Origin: an uncultured SAR86 cluster bacterium
GTDB taxonomy: Bacteria; Pseudomonadota; Gammaproteobacteria; Magnimaribacterales; D2472
Assembly (NCBI GenBank): GCA_902627055.1
Contig: CACOHS010000002.1
Coordinates: forward strand, 4,380 to 68,379
Reading direction: 5' to 3'
Length of the DNA: 64,000 nt
A program made the position numbers and the translations under genes. Shown in pieces: positions 22,142 through 30,317 of this stretch; position 1 is the first letter of the stretch; each line of letters begins with the position of its first letter. The notes below the pieces were generated by a model. That model worked only from the letters and a program-made list of their open reading frames with translations, was not told the origin of the DNA and searched no databases.

Positions 22142-23086
22142 CTATTCAACTGAACTTCGAATAATATTTAAATCTTTAGTCAATACGCTGCCAATAGCTG
22201 TATGAGATAGATTTTCTCTTGATATACCAATTACATCAGCGACTCTTTCGGCAGCATAAATACCGGTACAGTGTCCACCCATAAATTTTGTCATTCCATT
22301 ATCTTTAAGCCAATTAGCAGTTTTATCTATCACTTGATCTGTTGCTTTAAAAAGATGAAATCCACCTATGGCGCCATATACAGGAACATTTTGAATTGAT
22401 TGGAGTTTTTTTGCAGTATTAATAATTCCAGAATGCCCACAACCTGACATCATTATCCATCCATTATCAGTTAACATGCCTGCAGACTGATCATCAACTA
22501 TTATATCTGGAACAAATTCATTTGATTTAATATCTCTTACCACCAATCCTTCTGGACCATTATATGTTTCTACAGTTCTCTTAACTGTTCCGGTCGCATA
22601 AATATTTTTCGAAACTTCATAATGATTATCAAGAATTACAAAATTAATGCCTAAATTTTCAGCATCTTTTTTCCATTTCATAGAATCTGCATAATTTCCA
22701 GGGCCAACCTTAGATCCATCAGGAGCAAATCTTTGATTAAAAAAACCTCTTGCAACATAAACTTTAGTAAAAGCTTTGTTATTGATTTCCTTATATGTTT
22801 TTCTTAGTTTAAGAAGGCCCCCTGTATGATCACTGTGATAATGACTTAAAATAACTTTCTCAACTTTTGATAAATCTTTTCCAAGTATTTCAGCATTATG
22901 TAAAACAGTATCTTCATGAAATCCTGTATCAAAAAGCACAGATTCTTTATCGCTTTCATATAGCGCTGAGAAACTCCATTCTCCAAATCCGCCATAATTT
23001 GATATGTTTGTAGCTAAGACTGTTACTTCATAAGATGCATTTAAATTTATACAAAACAATGCAAAGAAAAGACTTATTTGCCTCAT
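22142..23086 (-). CDS. secreted MBL-fold metallo-hydrolase (COG1237-like)
   Basis: HYHSDHTGG metal motif, GCGHSGIIN and GGFHL blocks, and a signal peptide MRQISLFFALFCINLNA. I prefer the ATG at 23086 (4-nt gap to the upstream gene) over the listed 23116. Confidence 0.8.
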   Translation of the reverse strand: MRQISLFFALFCINLNASYEVTVLATNISNYGGFGEWSFSALYESDKESVLFDTGFHEDTVLHNAEILGKDLSKVEKVILSHYHSDHTGGLLKLRKTYKEINNKAFTKVYVARGFFNQRFAPDGSKVGPGNYADSMKWKKDAENLGINFVILDNHYEVSKNIYATGTVKRTVETYNGPEGLVVRDIKSNEFVPDIIVDDQSAGMLTDNGWIMMSGCGHSGIINTAKKLQSIQNVPVYGAIGGFHLFKATDQVIDKTANWLKDNGMTKFMGGHCTGIYAAERVADVIGISRENLSHTAIGSVLTKDLNIIRSSVE

Positions 23087-23090
23087 GAAG

Positions 23091-24107
23091 TTATAAGGTT
23101 GAAGGACCAATAGCAACCGGTCTAATCGATGACGCTGAGCTTCCTTTAACCATTAAAGGTAATATCATCACACAAGACAAATCTACGGCATCATCTGATA
23201 ATTTTTTAAGATTAAAATTTTCAAGCGTGTGGACGCCAGCCTGAGTTAAAAAATAATGATGTACCGGAAATGCCATATTTTCCGGGGTTCCTTCTGGAGC
23301 AGGGATTGGATTATTTGGATCAGATAAAGCATCTACAAAAGGAGTATCTAAACCAACAGCGACAACTTTTTTTGATGCAAGATATTCAGCCAATGAGTAT
23401 GAAATTCCCGGAGCCATTGAATAATATAGTTTTAGCTCATCTGGATCCTGGTAGTTATCACTCCAGCCCGTATAAATCAAAACAACATCTCCCGGCAATA
23501 TACCCCTAGATTTTAAGGTTGATGATTCAATTGATTTTTTAATATCATTAATAGAAACATATTCACCAGCTGACATAGACTCTCCATCATAGGCATATTT
23601 TTTTACATTAATTAATATTGCAGTAGTAATAATAGGAGGAACGGTTTCCATGCCAAGTTTTAATAATGGCGATTCATTTGATGGCTTAACCTCATTACCT
23701 TTTAAACCACCAAAAAATGTTACCTTTGATATATCTAATTCACTTTCACCATCCCAGGGTTCTTCTAAATGACCAAAATGCCCTAAAGCGTCCATCTGTG
23801 TGCCTTGATTCCCATCATTAACATCTTCATTCAATACATCCATAGTAAAAATTTGAACAGTGTTGGGCATTGCTGATGCTGGTAAGAATTTCGGCTCATA
23901 CTCACCTGCAAACGGCGATAAAGGCATAGATTTAGTCCTTAAGTATGATAGTTCGTAACTATTTGATTTAGGGTTAGATATTAAATCTGAGCATCTTGAC
24001 CAAGTTTCAGGACCTAAGATATTTGTCATTCCTCTTTGCGATGATATGTCTGATGAATATAGACTTGTTGAGTAAAGAAAGATTATCAATAAGAAAAATT
24101 TAGACAT
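23091..24107 (-). CDS. secreted cyclase-family (kynurenine-formamidase-like) protein with a degenerate metal motif
   Basis: Signal peptide present. The motif NQGTQMDALGHF occupies the position of the family motif HxGTHxDxPxH. Confidence 0.65.
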   Translation of the reverse strand: MSKFFLLIIFLYSTSLYSSDISSQRGMTNILGPETWSRCSDLISNPKSNSYELSYLRTKSMPLSPFAGEYEPKFLPASAMPNTVQIFTMDVLNEDVNDGNQGTQMDALGHFGHLEEPWDGESELDISKVTFFGGLKGNEVKPSNESPLLKLGMETVPPIITTAILINVKKYAYDGESMSAGEYVSINDIKKSIESSTLKSRGILPGDVVLIYTGWSDNYQDPDELKLYYSMAPGISYSLAEYLASKKVVAVGLDTPFVDALSDPNNPIPAPEGTPENMAFPVHHYFLTQAGVHTLENFNLKKLSDDAVDLSCVMILPLMVKGSSASSIRPVAIGPSTL

Positions 24108-24109
24108 GA

Positions 24110-25777
24110 TTAATAGATTATGGATGATTTAAGTTCAACATCTGACAGTTGCCAGATTTCTTGATGTTTTGTTAATGCTTCATTAGACAATTCATTATTA
24201 CCAAGAGCTTTATAAGCTTTGTAGAGCCCATAATATGACCAACCATTCCGCGGGTAGTCTTTTAAATCTTGATTAAAAACATTTATTGCTTCTTCAAAAT
24301 CTTTGTTTAGCAATAAAGCATGTCCTAATGACTGTCTTGTTGGGTAGTACCAAAATTCAGGTTCTCTATATGGCAGAGCATCTTGCGCTTCTACAGCCAT
24401 CTGAAAATGCATTATTGACGCATCTATATTCATGTTAGCTAATTCAATTTGACCCCTTGCAAGATGATTTGCAATTTCAAGTAACTTATCTGATGGTTGT
24501 CCAGCTTTTATAATAACTTTAATCTCAGGAGCATCTTTTAATGGCAATATTTTTTCTTGTTCTATAATGGCTTGCTCAATATTACCTGTCGATGCGAAGG
24601 CAATACTTCGCGCATAGTGATATAAACCTAAAGAAAATTTGAATTCATCTATCGGTTTCTCATATGCCAGAATTTCATCCCATTTAGCGAATCTTACATA
24701 AGAAAGTAGAGGGATAGTATGAAAGAATTCTAAAAATGGAATTTGTTTTATTTGCTCTATGCGAACATATTTAGAAACCTTCAAAGCAGATTCTATTGAT
24801 AACTCACTTCGACCTTCCATAGTAGATGCAGCCCACAAGAAATGAACATTATGAGGGTAATACAAAGCAGGGTAGAAACCCTGAGCATTACATTGAGCAA
24901 TATAATCTTCATCAACTTTTGCAGCTTCGATATTTACAAGTGACGCATCATGATATCTTCCTATACGCCAATAAATGTGAGCAGGCATATGAACAAGATG
25001 CCCTGCCCCAGGAACAATTTTTCCTAGCCTATCAGCAGGACCTTCAGCCCTACCTGGATTTGAAGAAGCCTCCACAGCATGAATATATAAATGTATGGCA
25101 AGAGGATGATCTGGATTTTTTGCTAGTACACTCTCAAGGCTATCAATGACTTTAATAGTATCTGGTTTTGGATCACCGTCTTCAGCCCAGTAATTCCATG
25201 GCATTGTATTCATTAAAGCTTCAGCAAATAATGATGCTGCATCGTTGTCGTCTGGAAAGGTCTTTGACAATTTTTCCATTGCATTTGCATATGCTATATC
25301 TAAAGGATCTCGATTAGATTCTATATTTCCATCATATCTGGATGATAAAGCTGATATGTAAGCCTGTTCTTTTTCAGAAACTGTTTCGGATAATGCAATA
25401 GCTATATTAATAGCCTTAAAGGCTGCAATTCTGTTTTCAGGAGCCATAATAACTTTTCCATCACTATTTACATTGATATTTGGTCCTAATGCTAATGCTT
25501 CACCCCAGTAACACATTGCACAACTTGGATCTAACTTCTGTGCTGCTTTAAAACTCCTTATTGATTCAGCATGGTTAAATGCAAATGCCATGATCATTCC
25601 TTGATCAAAATATCTTTGAACCCCTTCAACATTTGAAGAAATTTTATGGGTATGGTCTCCCAATCCTTCCAATAATGGAGCGCCGGCTTTTTCTATCAAC
25701 ATCTGATCAGAATTATTGTTGCAAGCGGATAGAAAAAGCACTGAAAATGTTAATACTAAATATTTAATGTTATTCAT
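24110..25777 (-). CDS. TPR-containing lipoprotein of unknown function with a His-rich conserved core
   Basis: Lipobox VLFLSAC. TPR-like helical repeats. His-rich blocks DHPLAIHLYIHAVE and GAGHLVHMPAHIYWRIGRYH. Confidence 0.7.
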   Translation of the reverse strand: MNNIKYLVLTFSVLFLSACNNNSDQMLIEKAGAPLLEGLGDHTHKISSNVEGVQRYFDQGMIMAFAFNHAESIRSFKAAQKLDPSCAMCYWGEALALGPNINVNSDGKVIMAPENRIAAFKAINIAIALSETVSEKEQAYISALSSRYDGNIESNRDPLDIAYANAMEKLSKTFPDDNDAASLFAEALMNTMPWNYWAEDGDPKPDTIKVIDSLESVLAKNPDHPLAIHLYIHAVEASSNPGRAEGPADRLGKIVPGAGHLVHMPAHIYWRIGRYHDASLVNIEAAKVDEDYIAQCNAQGFYPALYYPHNVHFLWAASTMEGRSELSIESALKVSKYVRIEQIKQIPFLEFFHTIPLLSYVRFAKWDEILAYEKPIDEFKFSLGLYHYARSIAFASTGNIEQAIIEQEKILPLKDAPEIKVIIKAGQPSDKLLEIANHLARGQIELANMNIDASIMHFQMAVEAQDALPYREPEFWYYPTRQSLGHALLLNKDFEEAINVFNQDLKDYPRNGWSYYGLYKAYKALGNNELSNEALTKHQEIWQLSDVELKSSIIY

Positions 25778-25835
25778 TCTTCAAGCCTCTAAAAAATAAA
25801 TTTAATGATCTCATTGTTGCATTTATTTTCATTAT

Positions 25836-25850
25836 TGAGAATCATTCTCA
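25836..25850. promoter_or_regulatory. candidate Fur box (perfect 7-1-7 palindrome)
   Basis: TGAGAATCATTCTCA compared with the 7-1-7 Fur consensus TGATAATnATTATCA gives one symmetric mismatch per arm. It lies centrally in the 139-nt divergent region between the TPR lipoprotein gene and the 129-aa membrane protein gene. Confidence 0.5.
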
Positions 25851-25916
25851 TTGTTTCAATATTAGTATAATATTTATACATACCTTAATTAAGAGGTATA
25901 CATTCGGAGAATAAAA

Positions 25917-26306
25917 ATGAACACGGAATATGAAATTTGGAATTTAATGTATTTAGGTTTTATATCAAATGCCATGTTTATGGTTGCTATGGTACTGCTC
26001 TCATGGCTAGGTTTTAGATTTGCAGCAGCAATTGCAGCTGATCCTGAGACACCAATCATGGCAAAAATCTTCTCAACTGCGTTTTATCTAATTGTTGGAA
26101 TAATGTTCTATAACACTGCTCAGATTGGGGGAGCGATAATTAGTGGCGCTGCTGAAATGATGGCTGCTTTACCAGAAATATCATCAAGAGGAGCAGACTT
26201 GATAGAAAGAGTAGAGTCTGGGTTTATCCCGGGCGGATTAATATCCACAGCATTGAATGTTGTGATAGTTCTTTTTCAATTAGCAATTACATGGATTAAA
26301 AGATAA
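25917..26306 (+). CDS. hypothetical membrane protein (129 aa)
   Basis: About 3-4 hydrophobic helices and no recognisable family. It is followed by a strong intrinsic terminator. Confidence 0.55.
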   Translation: MNTEYEIWNLMYLGFISNAMFMVAMVLLSWLGFRFAAAIAADPETPIMAKIFSTAFYLIVGIMFYNTAQIGGAIISGAAEMMAALPEISSRGADLIERVESGFIPGGLISTALNVVIVLFQLAITWIKR

Positions 26307-26318
26307 TCATCAGTAATC

Positions 26319-26348
26319 AAAAAAGCCTGCTATATGCAGGCTTTTTTA
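26319..26348. terminator. bidirectional rho-independent terminator
   Basis: AAAAAAGCCTGC-TATAT-GCAGGCTTTTTT forms a perfect stem with an A-tract on one side and a T-tract on the other. It sits between convergent genes, and the T-tract overlaps the stop codon of the minus-strand gene. Confidence 0.85.
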
Positions 26349-27230
26349 TATATTAAATAACTTTACCAAACTTGAAGTATCAAGATTTCCAAAATTATTG
26401 CGAGATAATTCCTGATAATTTTTTAGCACTTCTTTTGTGGTCTTTAGATTGAGATCGTTTAAATCTGCTTGTTTTAGTGCTATTCGAAGATCTTTAATCA
26501 TTAGATCTACAGCAAAACCAAAATCAAAATTATCATTAACCATGGTTTTAAATCGATTATCCATTTGCCATGACTGAGCAGCACCACCGGAGATTGCATC
26601 AAAAACTTTGTTCATGTTTAGATTTGATGATTTGCCGAGAGTTATAGCTTCAGCTAAACCTTGAAGTAAACCTGCAATACATAGTTGATTGACCATTTTA
26701 GTTAGTTGACCATGACCGCTAGGCCCAATCTTGGTAATAGAGCTTGAATATGAATTCATTATTTTCTTTAATACTTTGCTCTTGCTGTTTGGGCCTCCAT
26801 ACATTATTGAAAGAGTGCCATTTATTGCTCCCATCTCTCCCCCACTTACTGGCGCATCAAAAAATGAGAGATTTTTTGAAGTAAATTTATCATTGAGTGC
26901 TACCTCATTAATAAGCTCTAACGATGTAGTGGAATGATCTAAGATGAAACCGCCTGATTTAATCAACTGAATAAAATTTTGCTTAAACAAAAAATTAAGA
27001 ATTGCTGCATCATCCTTCAGACATAAAATAAGACCATTGAATTTAATTTCCGAAAACTTATCTTTTATAAATTCTTGCCCTTTAAAATTAGATAACCATT
27101 TTTTTGAGGCATGTTTCGATCTATTAAAAATAAATAAATCTATGTCTTTCTGCTTTGACAGATGCCCAGCCATCGAGTAACCCATAGTACCTAATCCAAT
27201 AAATAAGTATTTTGGTTTTGATGTAGACAT
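26346..27230 (-). CDS. NAD(P)-dependent oxidoreductase, 3-hydroxyisobutyrate dehydrogenase / 6PGDH-NAD-binding family
   Basis: N-terminal FIGLGTMGYSMAGHL Rossmann motif, DAPVSGG, and about 290 aa. Confidence 0.8.
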   Translation of the reverse strand: MSTSKPKYLFIGLGTMGYSMAGHLSKQKDIDLFIFNRSKHASKKWLSNFKGQEFIKDKFSEIKFNGLILCLKDDAAILNFLFKQNFIQLIKSGGFILDHSTTSLELINEVALNDKFTSKNLSFFDAPVSGGEMGAINGTLSIMYGGPNSKSKVLKKIMNSYSSSITKIGPSGHGQLTKMVNQLCIAGLLQGLAEAITLGKSSNLNMNKVFDAISGGAAQSWQMDNRFKTMVNDNFDFGFAVDLMIKDLRIALKQADLNDLNLKTTKEVLKNYQELSRNNFGNLDTSSLVKLFNI

Positions 27231-27283
27231 TATTTAATTATTTTATCTTATTTCATAAAATAAAAATAAATTTAATGTTTTGT

Positions 27284-27303
27284 TGTTTTAACATGCTAAA
27301 ACA
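27284..27303. promoter_or_regulatory. candidate operator: 20-bp near-palindrome upstream of the yerC-like/his operon
   Basis: TGTTTTA-ACATGC-TAAAACA has 7-bp perfect arms and ends 15 nt upstream of the ATG at 27318. Confidence 0.3.
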
Positions 27304-27317
27304 TATAGAATCTACTC

Positions 27318-27575
27318 ATGAAATTATCAACAGCATTAAAAAAGTTAAATTCTGATAAAGATATAGAAAATTTCTTGAAAGATTTATGTACGCCTGCAGA
27401 AATCGAAGCCATGCAAGAAAGATGGGAAGTCGCTCAGCTTTTATATAAGGGTAATTCAACTTATAGAGATATTGCATCAAAACTTAATACCTCCACTGCC
27501 ACAGTTACCAGAGTTGCTAGATTTTTATTTAAAGAATCTAACAAAGGATATTTGAATCTACTAAAGAAGGATTAA
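27318..27575 (+). CDS. TrpR-like YerC/YecD family DNA-binding protein
   Basis: 85 aa with LCTPAEIEAMQERWEVAQLL and the helix-turn-helix YRDIASKLNTSTATVTRVARFL. Its stop lies 3 nt before the hisG start. Confidence 0.8.
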   Translation: MKLSTALKKLNSDKDIENFLKDLCTPAEIEAMQERWEVAQLLYKGNSTYRDIASKLNTSTATVTRVARFLFKESNKGYLNLLKKD

Positions 27576-27578
27576 TCA

Positions 27579-28445
27579 ATGACAAAAAAAATTACCATTG
27601 CAATTCAGCGAAAAGGCAGGCTATTTGATAGCAGTAAGAATTTATTAATTAAATCTGGAATAAATTTTTCTACTAGCGGCGATAAATTATTGGCTCGATC
27701 CTCAAATATGAATATAGATATATTATTAGTAAGGGATGACGACATACCCTCTCTAGTATCTAAAGGAGTAGCTGATCTAGGGATTGTTGGTCAGAATGTA
27801 TTGGCTGAGCAAGTCGCTTCAAACAAAAAAATTACAGCTAAATCAGTTTTAAATCTAGGGTTTTCTAAATGCAGACTAGCGTTTGCTAAACCAATGAATT
27901 CTAGAATCAGATCATTAAAGAATAAAATCATTGCTACCTCTTATCCTGGTTTAGTAAAGAAATTCTTGAAGGCTAAAAATATTAATGCTGAAGTAATTAA
28001 AATTAATGGTTCTGTTGAACTTACTCCATATATAGGAATTGCTGATTGCATTTGCGACCTTGTTTCATCTGGGGCAACACTTGAAGCAAATAATTTAATT
28101 GAATTTAAAACTCTAATGGATTCAGAAGCAGTTCTTATCGCATCTAGCTCGTACAAAAAGATTAAAGATAAAAGTATTCTTGATTTAATTAAAAGATTTG
28201 AGGGTGTAATTAATGCTGCAGAAAGCAAATATGTAATGCTAAATGCGGAAACAAAATCAATCGATAAAATATGTAAATTACTTCCAGGCGCAGACTCACC
28301 AACTATTATTCCATTACAACAGCAAGATAAGGTTGCAATTCATGCACTTTGTAGTGAGCCTGTTTTTTGGGAGACGATGGAAAAACTCAAATCTAATGGC
28401 GCATCTTCAATCTTAGTTATGCCTGTCGAAAAAATTCTCAATTAA
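27579..28445 (+). CDS. hisG: ATP phosphoribosyltransferase, long form
   Basis: 288 aa. It has the LTIAIQRKGRL-type N-terminus, DLVSSGATLEAN, and the C-terminal regulatory domain. Confidence 0.93.
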   Translation: MTKKITIAIQRKGRLFDSSKNLLIKSGINFSTSGDKLLARSSNMNIDILLVRDDDIPSLVSKGVADLGIVGQNVLAEQVASNKKITAKSVLNLGFSKCRLAFAKPMNSRIRSLKNKIIATSYPGLVKKFLKAKNINAEVIKINGSVELTPYIGIADCICDLVSSGATLEANNLIEFKTLMDSEAVLIASSSYKKIKDKSILDLIKRFEGVINAAESKYVMLNAETKSIDKICKLLPGADSPTIIPLQQQDKVAIHALCSEPVFWETMEKLKSNGASSILVMPVEKILN

Positions 28446-30317
28446 ATGAAGCTAATTAATCGATCAAAATCTAATTCTTCCATTAACTGGCAATCAAGTG
28501 TTAATGATATACAGTACGTTGAAAATATAGTTCTGAGATATAAAGAATTAGTTTTAAAAAATGGAACTAAAGCCTTTAATTATATAAATGAAGAATTAAA
28601 TCTTCCTAAAGTTTCATCATTTAAAGTGCGAACATCGGAAATTAATAGTGCCGAGAATTCAATTTCAGATGATTTAAAACAAGCAATATTAAATTCTGCC
28701 AACAACATCAAAATAATTTGTGAAAATGAAAAAAAGAGTTTAGTTTCATCTTCCATAGAAACTACTAAAGGAATATCCATTTGGAAAGAATTTAGGCCAA
28801 TTGAATCTGTCGGAATTTATGTTCCAGGAGGAACAGCTCCATTAATTTCATCATTCTTAATGCAACTAATTCCAGCTTCCATTGCTGGGTGTAAAAATAT
28901 AATAGTTTGCACTCCCCCTTCTTCATCAGGATCGATAGCTCCAGAAATATTATGGATAGCAAAAATATTTGGCATTTCGAATATTTACAAGGTTGGTGGT
29001 TCTCAGGCTATATTTGCGATGGCATATGGAACAACAGTTATTCCAAAAGTAGATAAGATATTTGGGCCAGGAAATGCCTATGTAAACGCAGCAAAAAAAA
29101 TCTGTTCTGATGATGTGGCTATTGATTTACCTGCTGGGCCAAGTGAGGTCATGGTTGTATCAAATGATATTTCCAAGGTTAATCTAATAGCAGCTGACGT
29201 TCTGTCTCAACTTGAACATGATTCAGCAGCTAGGGCTTTTGTTCTTTCAAAAAATTTACCTTTATTAAATGGTTTAAAAAAAGAAGTTAAAAAGCAACTT
29301 GCCTCTCTCTCTAGGCAAAATATTCTTAAAGAAAGTTTATCCAACTTAAAGCTTATTAAATATAAGTCATTCAATGACTGTATAAATTTAATAAATGAAT
29401 GTGCTCCTGAACATTTAATTTTGTTGGATGATGATTATGCTCATCTATTAGCAAAAATTAATAATGCTGGATCTATTTTTTGCGGCTCCTTGAGCCCTGA
29501 ATCTTTTGGTGATTATTCTTCTGGAACAAATCACGTTCTACCAACCAATGGTATGGCAAAAGTTTTTTCTGGTTTAGGTATTAGAGACTTTGGTAAACAG
29601 ATAAGTGTTCAAACTGCTTCATCTGAAGGATTTTTAAATATTAAAGATACCGTAATTTCTATGGCAAATGCTGAAAATCTTGATGCCCATGCAAAAGCTG
29701 TAAAAATTCGCGAGAATCTTGCAAACGAAAAATCTCGTTCAAGAATATCTACAGAAATAAGAAAAACAAATGAGACATCTATCTACATAAATCTAAATTT
29801 AGATGGGACAGGAAAATATAATATTAATACGGGTATTGATTATCTCGATCATTTACTAGAGCAATTTTCTAAACATGGCTCTATAGATTTGAATATTACT
29901 TGTCTTGGAGATTTAGAAATAGATGAACATCATTCAATTGAAGACGTTGCTATTACTTTAGGATCAGCAATAAATAAAGCTCTTCAAGATAGAAATGGAA
30001 TTTCTAGATATGCATCCAATGAAACTCTGGTTATGGATGAAGTGAAATGTAATGTCAGTATTGATTTATGCACCAGAAGATTTCTTAAGTTTAAGTGCTC
30101 TGAATTAAGGGAGATGGTTGGAGATTTTCCAACCGAAATGTTTGAACATTTTTTTGTCTCACTTATAAATGCTGCTGCCTTTACATGTCACATTGAAACT
30201 GATGGCAAAAACTCTCATCACCTGCTTGAAGCAACATTCAAAACATTTGCTAGATGTCTCAGATCTGCAATTGTTGTTGAGTCAAATGAGATTGTATCAA
30301 CTAAAGGCTTAATGTGA
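28446..30317 (+). CDS. hisD-hisB: fusion protein: histidinol dehydrogenase (about aa 1-430) joined to imidazoleglycerol-phosphate dehydratase (about aa 431-623)
   Basis: HisD blocks: YVPGGTAPL, SQLEHDS, APEHLIL, GDYSSGTNHVLPT and AHAKAVKIR. These are followed, with no stop or real linker, by IGPD blocks: IRKTNETSIYINLNLDG, IDEHHSIEDVAITLG and GKNSHHLLEATFKTFARCL. Confidence 0.9.
   Translation: MKLINRSKSNSSINWQSSVNDIQYVENIVLRYKELVLKNGTKAFNYINEELNLPKVSSFKVRTSEINSAENSISDDLKQAILNSANNIKIICENEKKSLVSSSIETTKGISIWKEFRPIESVGIYVPGGTAPLISSFLMQLIPASIAGCKNIIVCTPPSSSGSIAPEILWIAKIFGISNIYKVGGSQAIFAMAYGTTVIPKVDKIFGPGNAYVNAAKKICSDDVAIDLPAGPSEVMVVSNDISKVNLIAADVLSQLEHDSAARAFVLSKNLPLLNGLKKEVKKQLASLSRQNILKESLSNLKLIKYKSFNDCINLINECAPEHLILLDDDYAHLLAKINNAGSIFCGSLSPESFGDYSSGTNHVLPTNGMAKVFSGLGIRDFGKQISVQTASSEGFLNIKDTVISMANAENLDAHAKAVKIRENLANEKSRSRISTEIRKTNETSIYINLNLDGTGKYNINTGIDYLDHLLEQFSKHGSIDLNITCLGDLEIDEHHSIEDVAITLGSAINKALQDRNGISRYASNETLVMDEVKCNVSIDLCTRRFLKFKCSELREMVGDFPTEMFEHFFVSLINAAAFTCHIETDGKNSHHLLEATFKTFARCLRSAIVVESNEIVSTKGLM

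Noticed and set aside
24826-25149. A 107-aa plus-strand ORF lies antisense to the TPR lipoprotein gene.
   Set aside because: The sequence is Gln/Tyr/Leu-rich and low-complexity with no start context. The opposite strand encodes the conserved His-rich core of the TPR protein.
27231-27317. I looked for a histidine leader peptide or attenuator upstream of the his operon.
   Set aside because: There is no run of His codons, no short leader ORF and no alternative hairpins. The region is 87 nt of AT-rich DNA.
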